The notes under the pieces are model-generated. The model did not search any database. It saw nothing but the letters and a program-made list of their open reading frames with translations, and had not been told where the DNA came from. Source: Candidatus Latescibacterota bacterium (lineage in GTDB: Bacteria; Latescibacterota; UBA2968). From it: a DNA stretch of 64,000 nt. The stretch's first letter is position 1, and every line of letters begins with the position of its first letter. The position numbers and the translations under genes are program-made. Where the stretch lies: contig OZ242311.1 of assembly GCA_965207885.1 (NCBI GenBank), positions 2,784,001 through 2,848,000 of the forward strand. Reading direction: 5' to 3'. Shown here piece after piece: positions 59,496-64,000 of the stretch.

Positions 59496-61835
59496 ATGCA
59501 GAGCGTGAGCAGAAATTTTTTCGTTCTATTTTCACTGGGATTCTTCACGGTTGCATCCGCCCAACTGCCGCCAGAGATCAGGGCAGACGCCTATCTGCTG
59601 CAAGCAGAACAGGCTATTCGTGATGGCGACCTTGATCGCACTCGGACCGTGATACAAAACATTCGCAACCTACAGGAGCAGCACGAACTGGACCTGCCGA
59701 ATGAGTTTCACTTCAGGTACGCGAAAGCAGCGAACTCAGTAGATTTGTCCGACCAGGCACTCGAATCCGTTGTGAAGTATCTAACGGTATCAGGACGCGA
59801 AGGACAGTACTATCTTGAAGCTCTGGAGTTGATGAACAAGGTGCAAATGGTGGTGAGTTGTAAGGGGTGGGGCACGGAAGAATATTTCAAGACAGCGACA
59901 CTTGAAGAGGTGACTGCCTGCCTTGACACTGGCGTTGACCTGAAGGCGCAGGATGATTCAGGCATTACGCCCTTACATCACGCAGTGAAAAATACCGAAA
60001 ATCAGGATGTTATTAAGGCCCTGATCAATGCCGGAGCAGACAAGGATGCGCGGGACATTGGTAAAAGGACACCTCTACATGGGGCAGTTGCATTCAACAA
60101 TCTGGTTGCTGTCAAGGCTCTGATTGAGGCCGGAGCCGATCTGGATGTACAGGACAAAGATGAACAGACCCCTCTGGGTTATGCAGTCTCCATTGAGCAT
60201 TCGGCCGCTATCAAAATTCTGATTGAGGCCGGGGCTAACAGGGAACTGTCAGAATATACATGGACCCCTCTGCATTGGGCGGTTACGTACAATGAGAATC
60301 CGGTCGCTATCAAGGCTTTGCTTAATGCTGGAGCCGATCCCAAAGCTAGGGACGGCACTAAACAGACGCCCCTACATATAGCAGCTAGATTCGGGAATCT
60401 GGTCGCTGTCAAGGCTCTGCTCAATGCTGGAGCCGATCCCAAAGCCCAAGATGATGATAAATGGACACCCTTGCATTGGGCGGCTGCGACCAATGAAAAT
60501 TCGGAAAACCTCAAGGTACTGATTGAAGCTGGAGCCGATCCCAAAGCCAAGGACTATGATAAACGGACGCCACTGCATAATGCGGCTCGGTTTAACGAGA
60601 ATCCGGCCGTCGTCAAAGTCTTGACCAATGCGGGTGCTAACTTGGATGCGCAGAGCAACGATAAATGGACACCCCTGCATGTGGCGGCGAGATACAACAA
60701 GAATCCGGACGTCGTCGAAGTCCTGATTGAGGCGGGAGCCGACTTGAAGAAACGGACTGATGAGAACTTCAGGCCCTTGCATTATGCGGCTGCGAACAAC
60801 GAGAATCCGGATGTCCTCAAGGTCCTGCTTGATGCCGGGGCGGACCTGAAGGCGACGGATAAAACCTTCATGGCTAGGGATATCTACTTTATGTGGACAC
60901 CCCTGCATATGGCAGCCAGAACCAACAAGAATCCGAATGTTCTCAAGGTCCTGCTTGATGCCGGAGCCGACCCGAATAGGCAGTCCCTACATGGCACGCC
61001 CTTACATCTGGCGGCTGGAAATGCCGAGAATCCAGACGTTCTCAAGGTCTTGCTTGATGCTGGAGCTGACTTGGAGAATAGAGCAAAGGGATTTATGGAT
61101 GGCGAAACGCCTCTGCATTTTGCGGCCAAGTACAACAATCCAGACGTCATCAAATTCCTGCTTGATGTTGGAGCCGACCTGAAGGCGACGGATAAAAACA
61201 AATGGACACCCTTGCATTATGCAGCTGCGAACAACGAGAATCCGGATGTCGTCAAAACCCTACTCAATGCCGGGGCTGCCCTGAATGTGCAGAATAAGAA
61301 GGGCTCCACGCCTCTGGATCTGGCAGTTGAAAAAAACGAGAATCCGGACGTTGCTGGGGTCTTGCACGCTGCTGGAGCGAGGAAATTACAAAAGAAAGAA
61401 AGCGGCTTGGGCCTGGGTAAGACAGCCATCGCACTTTTAGGCGGTGCGGCGATTACATATGCTGGCAAGGATGCTGCAGACCAGGAGGCTGTCGCAGAAG
61501 CTGCACGCCAGTTCATGGAAGGTGTGATAAACGAGCAACCTGTTGGGAATATCAACCCGGTTGAGACGTCCTCGCAAACTCAGGGTGGGCAATCGCAAGA
61601 TCCGATGCAACAGGCACTTCAAAATCTCGAAAATGTGTGCGGGGAAAAATATCAGGGTAATTTTTCGGTCGATGATCACGCCCGGTTCTACTGCCTGGCT
61701 GCTTTCAATGACTATTGCGCACTCAAGAGAGCGCAAAGTAGCGAAGCCATAAGTAAATTGCGTGCGAGCCTGCAACAGAATTGTGCGGCTTTAAAAAAAG
61801 ATGGTTTAGATAGTAAGTGTTCGTATTGCAAATAA
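59496..61835 (+). CDS. Secreted ankyrin-repeat protein (14 repeats) with helical N-module and Cys-rich C-terminus
   Basis: Signal peptide; TPLH...AGAD repeats; six C-terminal Cys. Confidence 0.92.
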   Translation: MQSVSRNFFVLFSLGFFTVASAQLPPEIRADAYLLQAEQAIRDGDLDRTRTVIQNIRNLQEQHELDLPNEFHFRYAKAANSVDLSDQALESVVKYLTVSGREGQYYLEALELMNKVQMVVSCKGWGTEEYFKTATLEEVTACLDTGVDLKAQDDSGITPLHHAVKNTENQDVIKALINAGADKDARDIGKRTPLHGAVAFNNLVAVKALIEAGADLDVQDKDEQTPLGYAVSIEHSAAIKILIEAGANRELSEYTWTPLHWAVTYNENPVAIKALLNAGADPKARDGTKQTPLHIAARFGNLVAVKALLNAGADPKAQDDDKWTPLHWAAATNENSENLKVLIEAGADPKAKDYDKRTPLHNAARFNENPAVVKVLTNAGANLDAQSNDKWTPLHVAARYNKNPDVVEVLIEAGADLKKRTDENFRPLHYAAANNENPDVLKVLLDAGADLKATDKTFMARDIYFMWTPLHMAARTNKNPNVLKVLLDAGADPNRQSLHGTPLHLAAGNAENPDVLKVLLDAGADLENRAKGFMDGETPLHFAAKYNNPDVIKFLLDVGADLKATDKNKWTPLHYAAANNENPDVVKTLLNAGAALNVQNKKGSTPLDLAVEKNENPDVAGVLHAAGARKLQKKESGLGLGKTAIALLGGAAITYAGKDAADQEAVAEAARQFMEGVINEQPVGNINPVETSSQTQGGQSQDPMQQALQNLENVCGEKYQGNFSVDDHARFYCLAAFNDYCALKRAQSSEAISKLRASLQQNCAALKKDGLDSKCSYCK

Positions 61836-62187
61836 ACTGGCCTGTTTTGAGGGCAAGCATGTTGTTAGATAATATGTGGGCAGCGATAGAATCCGACAAT
61901 GGGTCGTGCGTGAACTGGATGTAACCACTTGGACAGAGCCCTTTGAACAGCCGTAGGCAGTGGACGGATTAGCCTTTACAGAAGACTCCAGATCGCGTTT
62001 GTAGAAAAGAAAATCGTCCATACCCTGGATCAAGCGTTGCTGTATCCCTGTTTCATGATGTTCAGAGAATACACACTCAAGCACAGGAGGATCGAAAATG
62101 GAGATATAGAAGATAGGTACTGAGTATCCCGAAGAGCTAATCGATCAGCAAGAGGCGGACACAAAGTTCGAGGAACGTACTCAGGAT

Positions 62188-62661
62188 ATGGAAGAAACTG
62201 GGTGGAGCAGCGCGGCAGGCTGGGCTGAAGGATATTTTCTCTCTTCGATCAAACGAGTCGGACAAGCGCTAGAAACGCGGGTTGTATTGGATAAGATTTT
62301 CAACTGCAATGCAGATGCGAAGGTGCTGGTGTGCGGTGACTTTAATGCGGAGCCCGGCGAGGTTCCGGTCGAAGCTATCTGCGGACGTGTTGAAAACACC
62401 AGCAATCCCGATTTAAGGGAACGTGTTTTGATTCCCTGTAGTAACACAGTAGCTGAGTCGCTACGATTCAGCCATTACCATCACGGAAAGGGCAATCTAC
62501 TGGATCATATATTGATCTCCTTCTCACTACTCTCTCATTTTAGACACGCGCAAATCTACAATGAGAATCTCCATGACGAGAGTCTGCGGTATGCCTACGA
62601 TACCAAGTATCCAGAATCGGATCACGCAGCGTTCGTGGCAGAACTTGACCTATCTCTTTAA
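62188..62661 (+). pseudogene. Endonuclease/exonuclease/phosphatase family, C-terminal half
   Basis: GDFN, LDHIL, SDH present; N-terminal N/E motifs absent. Confidence 0.7.
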
Positions 62662-62834
62662 ACTATGATTATGGCCTTATTTATCCGATAGGGACGGATG
62701 CGGCATCGGCGGGAGTTGACCGACTGTGGAGATCATTATTGCGGAGGATGGCTGCCTAACGAAGGCGGTCCCAGTGCCGCAACAGACGGTGAAGAACGAC
62801 GCGAAAACGGATTAAACCATTGATTGTCCTTATC

Positions 62835-62876
62835 AAAAGCCCGACTTGATCTAATCAGATCGGGCTTTTTGTTTTT
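62835..62876. terminator. Bidirectional intrinsic terminator
   Basis: AAAAGCCCGA...TCGGGCTTTT plus T run. Confidence 0.8.
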
Positions 62877-62912
62877 GTGAAGCTGTTTAAGGCGCAAGAT
62901 TGGAAAATCGTA

Positions 62913-63068
62913 TCACTCTTCTGACATATTACTAAATGCCTCCAAGCTGGACACTTGAACCGCCGCACGGTGCAACTGATTGAGGCGTTTCAAATCTTCG
63001 ATGGCCGCAATGCGAGTGGCTAAGGGATCTGATTCCCACAGATCAAATCGAATCTCCAACACGTCAAG
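62913..63068 (-). pseudogene. C-terminal fragment resembling Rpn/DUF4351-type tail
   Basis: LDVLEIRF...RIAAIEDLKRLNQLHRAAVQVSSLEAF...*. Confidence 0.55.
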
Positions 63069-63083
63069 GGGGCCTTCATTCGT

Positions 63084-63800
63084 TCATATCGACGCGCTAC
63101 ACCTATCCATCACTGGCAACACAACTCTAAAAGTCGTCCCCAATCCCTCCTCATTCTCCACAGTAATCTGCCCATCGTGATTGCGAACAATGGCATAAAT
63201 AATCGACAATCCCAAACCCGTGCCACGGTCTGCATCTTTTGTCGTAAAAAAAGGCTCAAAAAGACGTTGCCGCGTCGCCTCATCCATCCCTACCCCATTA
63301 TCCTCTACTTCGATAACAACCGCATCGTTTTCAACGCGCGTTCGAATATCGACGGTACCTGCCATCCTATCCACCACACCTCGAATATTCTCCATCATTT
63401 CCCTCAACTCGTCTGTCTCAAGCGGCATACCCTCCATCAGCCGCAAGCAAATGTCGCCAGCGGTTGTCTCGACGACGGTCAGCGGCTGGTTGAGTTCGTG
63501 CGCCACGCCCGCGGCCATCTGCCCCAGCGACACCAGACGTGTGGACTGCAGGAGCTACATTTCGAGTTCGCGTGCTTCCAGTATTCGCGCAAGCTGTCCC
63601 GCGGTCTCGTCCAAGAGCGCCCTCTCCTGCCCCTCTGTGAGTTCAATTCCGCAGCGGAGTCCCAACTCCCCGGCCTCTGCAATAGAGATCGCCCGTGTAT
63701 AGCTTCTCAGCCCATTCTGAATCCCATCTCCAAATTCCCATTGCTGTCCATCGAAAGAGACGCAGACGGCTGCGTTAGTCGCGCCGTTCAGAACGATCAT
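63084..63800 (-). pseudogene. NtrB-type sensor histidine kinase remnant
   Basis: In-frame TAG at 63555-63557 (ELEM*LLQSTRLVSLG); AHELNQP joined directly to DNGVG/FFTTK/GTGLGL with the N-box region missing. Confidence 0.8.
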
Positions 63801-63857
63801 GAGGCGCGATATATCTGTGTGAGATACTGACGCCCTTCACAATGAGAACCCCATAGA

Positions 63858-63885
63858 TGCCTGCCTGTTGGCAGACAGGTAGGCA
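63858..63885. repeat. CCTGCCTG-type palindromic element
   Basis: TGCCTGCCTGT-N6-ACAGGTAGGCA hairpin. Confidence 0.45.
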
Positions 63886-64000
63886 CAGAACAAAGAAAAG
63901 TTTTGACTTCCAAATAGATAGCGAAAGCGGTATAATACTGTATCGAGCAGGGCGACCGTACTGACATCACAATCTGGAGATGAGAGATGGGCATATCAGA

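Noticed and set aside
59950-61380. CRISPR array or DGR template in the repeated DNA
   Set aside because: Repeats are in-frame ankyrin units; no cas or reverse transcriptase gene in the window.

Overview
Bacterial chromosome window, translation table 11, with no rRNA, tRNA or CRISPR array recognised. It is dominated by carbohydrate and small-molecule catabolic genes: a BNR sialidase-like protein, a GH-A glycosidase, four Gfo/Idh/MocA enzymes, three sugar-phosphate isomerases, two PhyH dioxygenases and a DapA/NanA-family lyase. Housekeeping genes are dxs, uppP, ogt, an Slt-type transglycosylase and an archaeal-type GlmU-like enzyme. This repertoire plus a secreted 14-repeat ankyrin protein suggests (inference only) a marine sponge-associated Latescibacterota/Poribacteria-like genome. 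Two eroded accessory zones (about 5.5-11.2 kb and 57.7-64 kb) hold an IS3, toxin-antitoxin remnants and gene fragments. Top candidates: (1) a five-gene corrinoid methyl-transfer module (unknown duplicated C-x3-H protein, MtaA/CmuA-type methyltransferase, corrinoid protein, RACo/RamA activator, stand-alone homocysteine methyltransferase) with no pterin-binding partner in the window, possibly a folate-independent route from a methylated substrate to methionine; (2) a DHOR di-haem/Rieske/porin operon behind a DtxR/MntR-like palindrome; (3) two integrase-less TA-carrying segments, each bracketed by a duplicated 3' end of a protein-coding gene. All family assignments are from motifs recognised by eye; no searches were run.
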